Shown here: positions 36,346-50,600 of the stretch, piece by piece
How positions within the stretch are numbered: position 1 is the stretch's first letter
Layout of the letters: each line of letters begins with the position of its first letter
Assembly (NCBI GenBank): GCA_040285825.1
Contig: JAUPSS010000002.1
Location: 496,001 to 560,000, forward strand
Direction of reading: 5' to 3'
Origin: Eukaryota sp. TZLM1-RC
Lineage: Eukaryota > Protista > Metamonada: BaSk clade
DNA: 64,000 nucleotides
Notes under the pieces: model-generated
What the model saw: only the letters and a program-made list of their open reading frames with translations
Told to the model about the DNA's origin: nothing
Databases searched by the model: none
Position numbers and translations under genes: made by a program

Positions 36346-38087
36346 TCACTCTCTCACCTCCCTTCTAAATGTCTCTGGTCTGATCCCAGTAAAATGTTCA
36401 GGAATCGCAATCTCTAGCTGATTTCTTGAAGCGGAAATGTCTCTAGACCAGCGTTCATCACATCTAGGACATTCAAAGTAAGCATTATTGATTCTTCGAG
36501 TGCCTTCATGATACACCTTCCTGTGATGTACCTTGCAACAATTGGTTTTGGCAGATGTCATGTATTCATCTCCAACCTTCACATTGGCAAAGTATTTCTT
36601 TACTTCTGTCAGAAACTTCTTAGTTGGGGCTTTGGTGGATTGTCGAGAAGGTCCATTACCACCATTACCAAACCAAATAATAGTTTCCCTGTTATTAGCT
36701 AGTCTCTTAATTTTGTTAATAAAATGAATGAACCTTTTTTGTCTTCTTATCACAAAATCAAACTTATTTCGTCTCACAATTCTCTCTGTACTATTGGTCA
36801 ATGTTTGGGAAACCAAAGAAATTGTTTCCTGCTCATCATTCCTTATCAGTGAAGCTATTTCAATGAGATACCTGTTGAAGCTCTCAACGGAATAAGTGTT
36901 CACAGAGGATTGAGTGAGTGGCTGGGGAAAATCAATTACTTTTGCTTTCGGATTCAGTAGAATTCCAGATTGTTCAACAATTACCCTATTCTCTTGTGAA
37001 CAATGTCCAGTTGTCCAACCACATAAATTTGAATGGTTTGGATCAACCGCCACGAAAAAAAGGTCTTCTCTGATGGGAAGATCCTGCGAGCAATCTTGAG
37101 ACCGTCTCGCAATTTTCCTCGGTCGGTTAGCTCGCCCATTTATTCTCTTATTTCGATTTCTAGTGGACTCTCTGAAATAAGGACGACTTTGACCCAATGC
37201 TTGAATTTCAGAATTTTTTCTCCTGGTGCACGTCTTTTTGGGTTTCTTTGAAAAAGTGAAGCGCAATGAGAGTCCATTGCTAGAAATTGAGAAAGTTTTA
37301 AATTTTTTCTTGTTAAAAAACTTAAAAGGGTTCCGTAATAATTGTTGGTTAGGATTCAATTTTTTGAAATATTCCAGAGCTTGTTGATTAAAAGGAACAA
37401 ACCCTGGAACTTTGGTGGCAATTGGGGATAAGGCATGTCTTCGAAATACATTTGGGCATGTACTTTCTAGACGATGTAAAATTGCCAATCCCCAATGGCT
37501 TATCAACCAACAATTATAAACAGTGACATCCAATTCATCACGCCTCAGGGCACGCGTATACAAATCATTAGATGTTACTGTTTGGTTCCAAATTTCGGAA
37601 ATATGAAAATGATATTCATCATACCATTGTCTTAAATTTGCAGAAATTGTGGAACCGGAAACCACACAACTGGCATACTTTGATGGAGCAGGACACTCCA
37701 TCTGCTTACCCATAGACCTGAAGAAATTCAGTTTCCAGGTCACAGGCCATCGGTCAGCAGCTGTCTGTGAGCTGATTCGTGAGTCATTCATGAGCTGATT
37801 CATTGTAAGTGAATAAGCTGTGCCTCAATAGCTTGAGCAGCACGAGAGGCAAAGAATCTTGGGAGGCTTACAGGCACAGTCGTGGTTGTGGCAGACGGGA
37901 GAGGGTCTGGTGGCGGGCGAACTGGAACTGGGAGTGGCCTTTCGCCCTCATTTAAGCCAGTACTTGGGTGGTGCGCTGCTTTTGGAATCCAACCATTATC
38001 ATCTGGTGATGACACTTGTCTCTGAGGACAAGTACGTCGGTTGTGGGTGGCCGCCCGGCAGACGGAACACGGCATAGTGTCAGACAA
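36346..38087 (-). pseudogene. Fanzor A2: RuvC half intact, 286-bp internal deletion in the N-terminal lobe
   Basis: 485-aa ORF with DPN / DEYMTS / RDISASRN. A1 segment 24391-24676 is replaced by 25 bp (37780-37804). Confidence 0.88.
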
Positions 38088-39996
38088 TCAGAAATGATTG
38101 TTGAGTTTGGGTTATTTTCAAAATTTGGTGTCGATGTCGACACCTTTTCTTCTATTTGCTATATTGAAATAAAGATTGTTTAAACAGTTTATTAAAGGTA
38201 CATCTATCGAGACATCAGGTTTCTGTTGTGTTTCTCTCTTGAAAGCAGCATGTTGTGTCACTGATGTTGGTAATTGGGTTTCAAATGGTTTGCCATCAGT
38301 TTCATCATCCAAAATTCATCTTTATCAAACTTTTTCTTTGTTTTTCTTCTCAACATTCAAAGTACTTCAGCAATATCTTGACCTCTCCAACCTTCCTAAT
38401 AGGCTTTCAGTAGTAGCACAAACTACACATCTCCACACCTTTCAATGAGTACCTATAAAGATACTACAGAATATTGGTTTTTTCGTTGATGTTTGAAACT
38501 AGAATTGCTTAAACAACGCTATAGTCCTGAATGAGTGATAGCCCCTCATCAACAAAATCTAAAATCTCCACTCCAATCGAAACCCATCCAGTCATTCTTT
38601 CCGCACGTCGTCGTTGGGAACGCCATGTCGTCGCAGCCCTGGAAGATCTTCGCCGTGAAAGCAAACTCCCGCTTGTAGATTCTGTCACATCCTCGTCCGT
38701 TGACTTTATGTCCCTTCGTTACGTGTGGGAGCCGGAGGAACTGTTCTCCGTTCTTCAGTCTCTCTCCTCTCCTAACCGTAACAATGAACCTTCCCTATCA
38801 CCATGGGGCTTTATCAAGCTCTCCATGCACGTTCCTAGCTTAACGTTCCAATCTAGCTAATGAATTCACAGAGCTCTCGCCAAACAAGTATGTTCAGATA
38901 GGAGTTGACTATTTAACATTTAATAATTCAAATAATAATTCTGTTAATTCACGTATTAAATTAGCTGCTGACGTCGCAGGGAAGCACTACCCTCCCCAGT
39001 GTCGTCATTTTTGCCGGCAAGGTGTTCCTAGCGTTAACTAGGTACAAATGTTAACTACGTAACCATTGATCAGTTTTTTCTACTTTGGGACAGGATTATT
39101 GGTTTTGATGATTTAATTTTCTTGCCTTTACTAGCTGCTGCCAAATTTTTCAATTGTATTGTTTTCAAGGGAATGGTAAAACTAATTTCTGTTTCACTCC
39201 TAAACTAATTTTGAAATTCTTCAGTACAATTTTCACCCAAATTCAAACATATATCATGCTGCTCTTGTATTAGGCTCTGTCTATATTAGCTTTGTTGCAG
39301 TACATTCTGGCAATTTCAAATAAACACTATTGAATCCATAGATGTCTCTATGCCATCAACACACAAGGAAAATGTCAACTACTTATCACCACTTTATTTT
39401 ATTTATAAAAAGGATACCTCTGGTGTCCGAATGATTGACACTTCCTTCAGTTGTATTAGTCCACAATTTTCCGTGTTTTCTTCAACAGAAAAACCGTCAA
39501 TAAAACCGTTTGAAAGTGATAAACTGAAGGATACTCTGGAGGAGGAAATATCAGATAATTTATACATCAATGAGGTTGTGTCCATCGCAAGCTTTTCCGC
39601 CCCTATTGCAGTGAAATCTTGAAAAGAACATTGCAGCAAGCGAAACCAGTGCTGTTTCATCGTTGTTGATGTCTTAGATGGACTAGTGACAGTCAATAGT
39701 GCAAGTCGCTCATTGCGAGAACTGTATCTAAACTCTAGTGTTGCGACCATGTATCTTGTCAGAACATTCTGATCAGGAAAGTACTTTCCTTGATACATTG
39801 ACATTTGATGTTGAATTCCTTGGTGGTGTGTTTCAGGGAATCCTACGAACTTTCCTACTGGTGTCGTCATATGAACTTTGGGTTGACTGAATCAGAGCTA
39901 TGTGTAAGCAAGGAGTATGTACATGATTCCATTGATTACAGAATGATTGTCATTGACCTGCCAAAACAAGATTATTGTTTAAAAATTTAATTTTTT

Positions 39997-42024
39997 TAAA
40001 ACCTGAATATTTATTGAGATAAAAAACCCATCTAGAATTCAATATCCTCCAAACAAGCGTCACTATTACTGAACCTACTCACAGCATTACGTTCATATTC
40101 TACACCAATAGCTAAAAGTGCCTTTGAAATCATTGTTGGAATAGACTTGAAAATGCAAAAAACAATTCTATTTAACCAGAAAATGGAGTTCATTGTTTTA
40201 CCAGACCTATTCAGTAACACTTTCTTAAAATTTTCCAAAAAGTGCAACCCTGAAGGTCCAATATTGCCAAAAAAAGAAATTGCAAACGGCACAAACTGAT
40301 ATTTCACATGTTCCACTCTACCTAACTGTGCCAAAGGTTCTTTATATTTTTTTATCTTCTTTTTTTCGGCGTTAGATAACGGCGAATCAGCGGAATACAC
40401 TAAACGAGCAGCAGAATTTTTGCAAACATCAACTGAGACAACATCTACAACATTGAGAACACCATCGATCCCTGGAGCTACTAAATCTGCCCTTCTTTTA
40501 CCAAAGAAATCATCAGTTTGATCTGAAGACAGCTTACGTACTAGTGGCTCAATAAATGCATCTATATTGAAACTTTTGCACATGGCATATAATTGATCAC
40601 GAACTGAGTCATGAACAATTGAGCGATAAGTTATAAAATACTTACAGTTTAAAATAGGGGAAAGCGTAACAACACTCTTGCAGCGACAAATTAAATCATT
40701 TGGTGATGAACAAGGCCATAGAAAACATCTCTTTCTCATTGCAGTGGTCCATTGGTGATCATTAAGTAGAAGGCCATAAATGTTGGGAATTTGGGAAATT
40801 AGGCAACTTGAACAACTGTCTTCAAGATCAATCAAAAAGTTTGCAAAAACGGGATTTTTTTCCTTAGCCAAGCTAAGACGTACAATATAATCCAAGTTTT
40901 CTAAAACTTTTAAGATTTTTTTCTGCAATTTTGCAAAAGTCAGTGGTGAGGAGAGCAACCTTCTTGAAGGAAGTTCCACAATATCAGAGGGGAAACATTT
41001 AGCCCAAATATTGGGTGAAAGAGTTTCAATTTCCTGTTGCAATGAAATAAGATAACAGCAGCTGCCACAATTTTCAATGAGATGAATTTTTTCAGGAAAA
41101 CGATTCACAAATTCATAAATAAAAATCTTTCCACCTCCAATAAAGGCAGCTTTACAAAGGTAACTTGATTTATCAAAATTAACACCACCAAAATCTGTAC
41201 CACACAAAATGTGGCTTCGTAACTGAGATGCATCAATTTCCAATAATTTTGCTAAAAAATTGGTTCTTTGTTCTTTAAAAATGCGACAAAACACCAAAGA
41301 AATTGATGGTGATGTTGATCTCAAAATATGAGTAAATTTTCCACAATAACAAATTTTTAGGAAAAAGAATTTCAAATGTTTCTCAATATTTAAATTTTCT
41401 ATTGATTCTAATTCATTTCCAAAATGAGTCAACAGAGTCGAAAGTTGGCTTTTGACTTCATCAATATTTCCGAGATAACAACCTAAAAAACGAAAACCAG
41501 ACTGATCATAATTGATAAAGGGGACATTGACATCATTAATGAAAAAATCAATTGGTCCATGGCCAATAATCAAAAATTTGGAGATATTCAATGAGAGACC
41601 AATACCTTCATAACACTGTTGAATAAAAGTTGCTATTTGTTTCAGAATTGTAATAGGAGCAATTACAGAAATGTCATCCATATATGCTACAATATCTATT
41701 TCTGGGAATTTTTCTTTCAATTCGCACATTAATGGATGAATTGCCAGACAAAAAAACAGGACCAAGTGGATCACCTTGTTTAACACCTGAAGACGAAAGC
41801 AGGTCAAAGTATTCATAGACCAATGTGGATGATTTTCCATAAAATGAATAGAAAAAAGGCTCAACTTCAGGAAAATGCTTTTGCAGCAAAGGTAAAATGG
41901 AAGAACGAGATACAGAATTGAAAGCATTCTTAAAATCTAAATTGAAGATGTAATTAGAATCACTAGAATTAAAAAACACATCCGACGAAAAAGCAGCAGA
42001 AGAAGCACCATCAATTGTCTTGAT
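39997..42024 (-). mobile_element. 5'-truncated CRE-like retrotransposon, family B2 (RT + RLE)
   Basis: DFKNAFNS, GVKQGDPLGP, AYMDD, HDSVRD, RRADL, VDV, KIKKY. Absent from the paralogous site at 26851-26861. TSD TTTA(A/G)TTTTTT at 39986-39996 and 42025-42035. Confidence 0.93.
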
Positions 42025-42564
42025 TTTAGTTTTTTACGATTCAATTTTGTTTGCCCTAAAGTAGAGTTGAGCAAAGACTGCATCATGATCTTTTGAAACG
42101 ATTACAATTAAATCAATGGTTTTTAATGACAATGTTACGTGAACATCCAGCAAACAATTTGCAAAAGCAAGATTCTTTTGTTTGGCCATGGTAAAACATG
42201 CTTTGCAATCCAGTACTTTAACAGTTACTGTAAGTTGTTGTTGAAGCTTCTTTACGCCATTCCCTAAATTTTACCATATTCACTGCAAGAATCTCGTTAA
42301 CTGTTTCAGGGCAACTTTAATTAGATTATTGATCAAGCAAAAAACAATTTTCATTAACGATTCAGAAATTCAAAAACAAAATTTTTTCCACCACCCAATT
42401 GAAGGCTTTGTTGACCCAGTACTACCAAATTGTCAAGATGAGAACAAGTGAGCAAGAATTACATCAGGATTCACTTTTGTACATCTCTTTTTATTATTTG
42501 GTCAATTTTTTATATTACTAAACAACAATCTGGTGTTTTCATCATTATTGTTTAAGCATGCATT

Positions 42565-44290
42565 AAATTTATTGAATTTGTACACTTAACAAAATAAACT
42601 CATAACTAATGGGACGAAATTCATTGAACCAAGATTTCCTCTCCAAAATCTTGATCTGCTTGCTGTCTAGCTGAAGCTTCTCTGCTTCGATTGAAAAACC
42701 GACGCAATCTATTAATAAGAGCAAATTCAATTCGAGAGCGCCATAAAAAAATATCAAATCTCTTCGTTGTTTTTCGTTGAACCAATTTTCAAAAATCATT
42801 CATAAAAGCTTCTGCTTCTAATGATAGTTTTCCGTTTATCGAAAATGGAAAAGCAATAAAAGAGTGGTCTTTTTCTATCAGTATTAATTTCTTCGATATC
42901 TTTGTCATATTTTCTATGTTTTTCTTTAGCTTTAAATTAAAGAGCACTTACAGGATTAAATTTTCTTCTTTGAACCAAAGTGTCGTTTTGCAACATAACA
43001 GGAGACAAAGTCAACAACAGCTTCAGAGTTCCAAATCCAATCACAGTATACATCACCTCTGTCATCAGAACAAAAATTATTCAATGTTTTTTTTCAGCAG
43101 AGGCTCTTTGCTACACGAAAGTCTTGCAGTTCGTGTCATATTGACAACAGTATCTCTAACAGCATCATGTAATGAAGAACGATAAGTTATCAATTTCGAA
43201 CAACTCATGGCATGGCGCAAAGTGAGTTGAGGTGAATTCGAACAAATACATTTTTCTTTTGATAATAAATGATTAATGGGGATATTCAAATATAATCTCA
43301 TTTTTGTTACAAACACTTCATTATTAGCACACAGTCCAAATCTTTGTGGTACAATGGTCACCAACAGTGAAGAATCTGATGATTGGTTTTCACAAACACC
43401 TTTTTCCAACAACAATTACTGAAGATCTTGATTTAGAACAGCCAAGCTGTCATACATTTTTATAAACATCATCTTCATTCATTCCAGTCAATCGTTTCTG
43501 TAATGTTCGAAGAGTGTATTTTAAATTTAAAACATTCTTTTCGGAAATATTACCATTGAAAGATTGGGGAAAGCATCGACTCCATTTTGCTACATCGATT
43601 TTTAAAGCTTCTTCATTTAATGCAAAAATAGTAGAACTTTGCGTTGTCATTAATAAATCTTCCCAATCTGCAAGCCTTTCAGAAAACTCAAATATTGCAT
43701 TTATGCATCCACCAACAAAAGCACACGATGTAAGAATAGAAGTCTTCGTCCACCCTAAACCGCCATAATGTGGACTAAGGTAAGCATGATCTGGATTTTG
43801 AAACATTTTACATCCCAGTAATTGAGACAAAACTTTTGCACGTAACTCATTAAATTTCTGAGCCAAAGGTCTAGTGACATGAGGATTTGTAGATCGAAAG
43901 ATATGATTGAAATTGGAACTAAAACACAGTCTTATAATGGTAAAGTTGATGTGTTTTTGTATATCTAAATTCAACATTCGGTCAATTTTGTCAGAAATTG
44001 AGTTCAACTTTTCAAACAATTTTTTGGTAATTTCATCATTATTTCCTAAAAACGAACCCAAATGACGAATAGCATCAATTGAATATAATTTGGCTTGAAT
44101 TTTAATACCATCAACTATTGTGGAAACTGGAGAATTTGAAAGTAAAACACATTTAAGTAAATTAAGTCGAAGGCCAATGTTGTTGAATAATTCATTGAAA
44201 CATAAAGTTGCTTCTCTGACGGTCGTCAAGTCACCTATAACAACAACATCATTCATATAAGCAATCGTATTTAAGGAAGGAAACATTAAC
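42565..44290 (-). mobile_element. 5'-truncated family A retrotransposon, more decayed
   Basis: ORFs 43450..44292 and 43077..43415 are homologous to 6119-7827. No clear TSD. Confidence 0.88.
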
Positions 44291-44595
44291 AAAGAAGCAC
44301 TAACATAAATTATTTATATCATTAGATAAATATAACTGGGCTCTAAATTCCACTGTCATCGAGACCACAAGGAAACTAGCTTCCAAAGCTACGAATTGTT
44401 CTAGAGGAGAAATGGGGTCACTGATATTGGTGACCAATTATTCGAGGATTCTAGAACGTCTGTGGATTATCTCACCAAGAATGTAAGTTCTTGGAATAAG
44501 TTTGAATGATGCTTGACGAAAGTATGCATTTAAAATGAAAATTACAGAAGACCAATCTGTTCACCTACTATTTGACACTTTTGTGCTGCTTGCTG

Positions 44596-46422
44596 ATGTC
44601 CTTCAAACTCTCTGGCTTAGGCCTTCCTGGGTTGAACGCTACACGTGGACGACCAACAGTTTTCGACGTACACAATGAAGTCCTAGCATATGCTTCAGGA
44701 TCAAATGTAGTTGTTTGTACTCCCAATAGAACCTTTACATTTACTGATCATAAGGTCAACGTAACCTGTGTAAAAATTGCTCCCTCGGGTTCTTATGCCT
44801 GTTCTGGGGATTCAGCTGGTAATATTAATGTGTTTGATCTTCTTGGTGAAGAGAATGTCACCATCCTCTCAAAGCAGGTCCTCTCCAATGTTATATATGA
44901 TTTAGCATGGGATTTTGAGAACCAACGTATCATTGCAGTCGGCCATGGAAAAGAAGAGTTTGCCACAGTGTTTATTGTGAAAACGGGAGCCTCGATCGGT
45001 TCTATTAGTGGACATCAAGCCTCCATTCTTTCATGCGATTTCCGTCAAAAAAGACCCTTCCGTATCTTTACAGGAGGAGAAGATGGTCTTGCAAATATAT
45101 TCAAAGGTCCCCCATTCGCCTTCCTCAACCAACACTCTCATGGTTCGTTTGTTAATTGTGTTCGGTTTGACCCCACTTCAACGGTGGTTGCTGCGACTGG
45201 CTCCAACAAACAATTGTCTGTCCTTGATGGAGCTACGGGGGAACAACTAAAGTCGTTTACCCTCACCCATTCATCTCCCATCTACTCTCTTGTTTGGGAG
45301 AGTTACGATACATCCACCAAGAATGGTTACATCTGGACTGGAAGCTCTGACCGCACAGTTAGAAGGTTTCATTTTTCACTGGAAGGAGATGTATCTGAAA
45401 CCCATTGCTTCACCATGCATTCTGACGAAATCACCCCCACTACTGATGAACAAGTTTTGGGTCTCAGCAAGGACGGTAATGATGTCTTTATAGCAAACTT
45501 AGCTGGTGATTTGTTTAAAATTAACTCTATGTCTTTTGAAAAGGAGAGAATTCTTTCGGGTCATCGATCAAGTGTTTTGTCTATTGCATCAGATGGAAAC
45601 ACAATTGCTTCTTCGTCTATGGACGGCTCCATCATGGTATGGAGACTTTTTGATGAAGGAATCAAGTCACTTGGTAGGGTCGCGCCTTTAAGTACCGCTA
45701 GGGTGACTGCTGTGAACTTGGCAGAAGGTAAGCTTAGCTTTGCTGGGCACGATTCCGAACTCAAATCATTGATTGTTCCTGATTTAGAGTATGATTATTT
45801 GATTGATTCTAGTGATTTGATCGTCAACTCTACTGCTCCCAGTGCGGTTGAAGATGCCCGTTGGTTGAGTAGTGGACCAATGATTTATCTTATTGATCAA
45901 ACCTTGTTTTACCATTCCGAGAACTTTACCCAGGAAGTTACTGTTAATGGAGGCAGAAAGCTAGCTATTAATCATAATGAATCACTCGTGGCAGTGGGTA
46001 CCAAAACTGGCAAGGTCACATTATTTGATATTAAGGATGATGTGCTTAATGAAGTTGGAATGGTCGCAATGCCTGGAGAAATCACTTGTTTGAGTTTTTC
46101 TAGGGACAATTTACTGGCTGTAGGTGACGCTACTCGTAAGATCTATGTGTTTGAACATACTGAAGGTGACTGGAAGTGCAGAAACAACCAATTTGTTTTC
46201 CATTCAGGCAGAGTTAACTGTCTCGACTTCTCTCCTTGTGGTCAATTCATTGTTTCAGGTGGTCTTGATGGGGCACTATTTAAATGGAGTTTGCAACAAC
46301 CAATGAAGAGAGTGAAACTAAACCAAGTTCACAAGCTGGGTATAACTAGTGTATTATATCTGAAGGATGATGTTGTGGTTAGTGGGGGTGCTGATGGATT
46401 CTTAAAGGTTTTTAACCTTTAA
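44596..46422 (+). CDS. WDR1: Actin-interacting protein 1 / WD repeat protein 1
   Basis: ATRGRP, SGDSAG, DLAWDFENQRIIAVG, DFRQKRPFRI, FKGPPF, FVNCVRF, FHSGRVNCL. Double WD40 propeller; ATG at 44596. Confidence 0.92.
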   Translation: MSFKLSGLGLPGLNATRGRPTVFDVHNEVLAYASGSNVVVCTPNRTFTFTDHKVNVTCVKIAPSGSYACSGDSAGNINVFDLLGEENVTILSKQVLSNVIYDLAWDFENQRIIAVGHGKEEFATVFIVKTGASIGSISGHQASILSCDFRQKRPFRIFTGGEDGLANIFKGPPFAFLNQHSHGSFVNCVRFDPTSTVVAATGSNKQLSVLDGATGEQLKSFTLTHSSPIYSLVWESYDTSTKNGYIWTGSSDRTVRRFHFSLEGDVSETHCFTMHSDEITPTTDEQVLGLSKDGNDVFIANLAGDLFKINSMSFEKERILSGHRSSVLSIASDGNTIASSSMDGSIMVWRLFDEGIKSLGRVAPLSTARVTAVNLAEGKLSFAGHDSELKSLIVPDLEYDYLIDSSDLIVNSTAPSAVEDARWLSSGPMIYLIDQTLFYHSENFTQEVTVNGGRKLAINHNESLVAVGTKTGKVTLFDIKDDVLNEVGMVAMPGEITCLSFSRDNLLAVGDATRKIYVFEHTEGDWKCRNNQFVFHSGRVNCLDFSPCGQFIVSGGLDGALFKWSLQQPMKRVKLNQVHKLGITSVLYLKDDVVVSGGADGFLKVFNL

Positions 46423-47619
46423 ATGTATTCTTTAGTGTTTTAATTATTTGTTGATCTTGTGTTTTTGTTCTTAAATTCAATACATTTTCTGTGTGTTTGT
46501 TTTACAATGTTGTCCATGTTATTTTTTAGTAAGGTTAATCTTTTTAAGGTTTGTCATTTTTTCTACTTGTTTCTGTCAATAGTAGTCGTGCTTTATGTTC
46601 CTAACTTATTAAATTTGTCTATTAGTAGCACGAATCAGAATTTTCTCAAGGCAAAATGATTAAAGTGACAACAACCGAAAACACAGTTCAAAATCTATAG
46701 TCATTTTCAATTTGCTGTTCACTGTTGCACCATTTTCGAAATTACTAATCTTCAACTTCTTTCTGTTAAAAGAGAAAATTAAATTAAAGGAGGATAAGTT
46801 CAAGATCATTCAATTGATCAGGCATTATTTTACCACATTGTTTTCCTCACCTAAATTGGTGATAAGAGCACCGCAGACTTGATTGTGCCTTAGCCACACG
46901 GAGACACCTTCTATAATGCAAGTCTTCCTATGTCAAAAGCTGACATTGGTTTCAATTGTTTTCATATCAAGAAGTGAAATGATTGTTCTTTGAAAGGAAA
47001 CTGTTTCAGCTCTTCAAATCAGTGATTGGTTATTCCAACCAAGTAGTTATTGGAAATAGGAGACTGGGAACAACGAAAACATATGAAATTCAAACAACCT
47101 ACCTAGGGAAAAGGTTTGAGAATTGTAATTAAAAGGTCTGGCTGTAAAGTTTTTTAATAGATGACTTTCTAGTCAGTTGCCGCTAATTTGATAGCAAGAA
47201 AGCGGTCAGCTTATCAATCTGAATCAACCTGACAAAGGAGAATGAGAGTTGTTCTGGAAAGGTTGACTACAAAATCTTGAGAATTGACGATTTTCCAACC
47301 ATTTGTTTTGTTTCAGATATAAGAAAACAGAAATCAGGGGTGAAAAATTTCGATAATGTAATAATCTCAGGCTATAGAAGAGAGAGGAGATTTATAATTA
47401 TTACGGCGTTATCGTATGTGAATCATGCGAAAGTTAGTGGAATAGATTTATGAATGCTTCCTTAAATAGATTAACAGTATTACAGCCTATGTAAATGGTG
47501 GTGTTAGACCAGAAAAGATACAGAGAGGATCCAATCAATATGATAAATAATTCTTGTTCTTCAAAAAACACAGTCCCTTCAGTACAAAGGACACTTATTC
47601 TATTGTTATATCTGTAAGA

Positions 47620-50600
47620 ATGGGTTGTGGAGCTTCTATTCCAGTAGTTGACCAACAAGAAGACAATAGTGTTGTTGAACCTCAACAAAAGAACGTCACT
47701 GAAGACCCTTCCCCTCATCAGTCCAACGACGTGTCTCTTGACGACAATGTTCCTCCTGATGACTCTAATGTTAAACCTGATGATGATGCATCACACAATG
47801 CAGAAGAAAAACCTGACAATAATGTTGGTGAGCAGCCTGACATCACTTCTAATGAACCCAATATCGCATCTGATGGACCCAATGTCACATCTGATGAACC
47901 CAACATCGTTCCCTCCCAGCCTGATAGTAAGTCACATGAAGATGAACCAGATGTTATCGACTCTCAACAACCCCAACAAAAAGTAGAACAACTAGACGAA
48001 TCACTTGAACTAAGCGAAGACGAAACAGGTACAAAAGACAATCCCTCTCTAGACAATGATGCTGCACCTGATGACTCTTCCAAGTCACCCCCTGTTCCCA
48101 AACTCAATCTCAGTGAGTCAAAGCCTGTTGACCTGCCCACCCCTGATGTCCCTTCTCCTCCTTCTGATGGTATTCCCTCTCCTCATTTCAAACCTTCTTT
48201 CGTTTCAAAAACTCTTGGTTCTTATGAAGTGCAGGAAATCCGTGAGCACGAAGAGAGAAACAATATGAGACTTGCTGAAAAGTACTCCCATGGACGAGAA
48301 GAGAGGGAAGAAGAGGACATGAAACTAGCTGAATACCAAGCCATCATTCAACGCCAAGCTGAACTAGAACGCCAAAAGAGAGAGGAAGAAGAACGCATCA
48401 TCAGGAAGGATTTGGAAGATGCTAATGACCCTTCCCTTCTCTCTTTCTACGTTGTTGTTCCCTCTTCTTTCCTTCCAAATGAAGATTCTCTGGTTGATGA
48501 TGTTGATGGAGTTGAGGACCAACGGGTTTTGTACAGATACCATTTGCCAAGGGATTCAGCTACTTTGTTGGACTTGAAGCTTGCTGTTAATATGGATTTT
48601 GGCTTTTCTTTTGCTCAACAACGTTTCTTTTATAATGGGTCTGAACTGGACGACAATGTTCTTTTGGGTTCGTTACCCTCTTTTGATGACGGGTCTTATT
48701 TAGCTCTTCATCCCCAAGGACAGCCCTCTGTTGATGATGTCGTCTGTCTTCGTCCCAAACAGGTAGAAACTTCAATCAATGACGTGATCACCACTCAATT
48801 ACACGATCGTAACCAATTGGAAGACACTGATGTTCGTAATTGGATTGAGGAATTGGTTGAAATTAGATCACTACCAACTGATAATCTGTCGGAATCAATT
48901 GAAAAAGAAAAGAGATTGTTGACCTTATTTGCAGAATTCGAATACGCGGCCCAAACTGCTGTTGCTTTAATTCTCTCCGCTGAAGGTGACCCCCAGTCGC
49001 CAATCAAACCAATAAAACTGTCTGCCATATACGGAGACCATGGAGGAGATACATTCGTCATTGGCGGCATTGTCATTCGCAAGGCCCAGAACTGGGAAGT
49101 TTTGCAACAGGACATTGGGGAAGGAGATTTGGCTTTCAAGGTAGCAGGGAATGAAGCTCGTCACTCACGGCTACTTCATTCTATCCTCAACCACACTTCT
49201 TCTCAGGCACTTTCTTCCCTTTATCCAACGCTGGTTGTAACTGTTGATGCTTTTGGTCATCGTTATCTGTGTGAGTCAGCACTTCCTGTCACTCCATCAA
49301 TGATTGTTTATGGTTCCTTTGATTCAGGAGTCACTATTCATCGTCACTTGTGTGTGGAAAAGGTTGCTGGTGATCTTGCTGGCGTTTTGAATCTTAAAGA
49401 GCACAATGTTTACTCAAAGCTTGATCCAACAAGGCCTATTCCTTTTGAATTATCACTAAATTCGGAAATCTACATGACTCTTGATGGAAACAGATTCTAT
49501 ATTCGTAACGTGGGACAACTATTCCCTCCCGACGATCCTAAACCAAACACCATTGACCATGTCGTTGATCTATTCCACCCAAGCTTTGTAATGAATTATT
49601 CAGCAAGCGATGAACTTATTGAGGGTTATAGAAGATTTACCTGCAGGGAGCCTCGTATGTGTGATCATTGTGGCGAAGTTGTCATGGAATTCCAATACTT
49701 TTCACACCCATCTAGAGAGTATGATCTTTGTCTTTGTTGCTATAACAATGAGCCTGAAACCAAACTTCGTTTCTTAAAGACAAAACTGGTTTCAAAGATT
49801 GTACCAAAGGAAGAGCGACTAGAGTATTGGAGGAACTCTGAAACTGGCGATGTGGTTTTTGATGAACCTATTAAGAAGACCCCTCTTAATACTAACGGTT
49901 ATACATTGGATCTTCAAGGCCATCCAGAGGGTTTGATTGACCGCCATGACGTCATGGAGCTCAAAAATGCATCAAAAAAACTATCTGAAGTAATTGTCAG
50001 CCAATTTGCTTGTGATTTAAATGAGGATAAGATTCAAGTCCACGTCTCTGAAGAGTTACTTGTCCAAATGGCCAATCGTGGCATTACTTCAAAGTATTTG
50101 GGTGTTTTGCTTGAATCGGTTACTTCAAGGCACCACAAGGAAATGGTAGTAGTTGAGATTGTTGCCGGTTGCTTGAAGACATTGATTAGGGATGGTCTTT
50201 CATATATGGAAAATAGAACCCAAGAAGATTTGCAGTTAACTGTTGTTTACTATCTCAACCAGGCACTTACGTTGTCAGAAAATGAAAATTCCCTTCATTT
50301 ATGGTCTTTTATCGAAGGATTGGCCTTGAAGAAGTACAACGTTGAACTTGATGATAGAGTCAACAAGAAGATTCAATTAAATTCTTTATTGTTCTCTGTG
50401 TGTAGGAAGTTGGGAATAGTTCTTGACCTCTCCATTGTTGACCGCATTGACTATGAGGAAGAGGAACCAGTTAAGTTTGATGATGTCATGGCAGTCGTGC
50501 CAGTTACTTCCGGTCATCCTATTTCCTCTCCGGAAGTCGATAGAATTCTTGCTGAAGCTAGGGCTCTTGATGATCAAGGTAAAGCTGATCACTGGTGGCA

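Noticed and set aside
46660-47500. Possible gene remnants between WDR1 and the CLU gene
   Set aside because: No ORF of 60 aa or more wholly within it and no identifiable motif.
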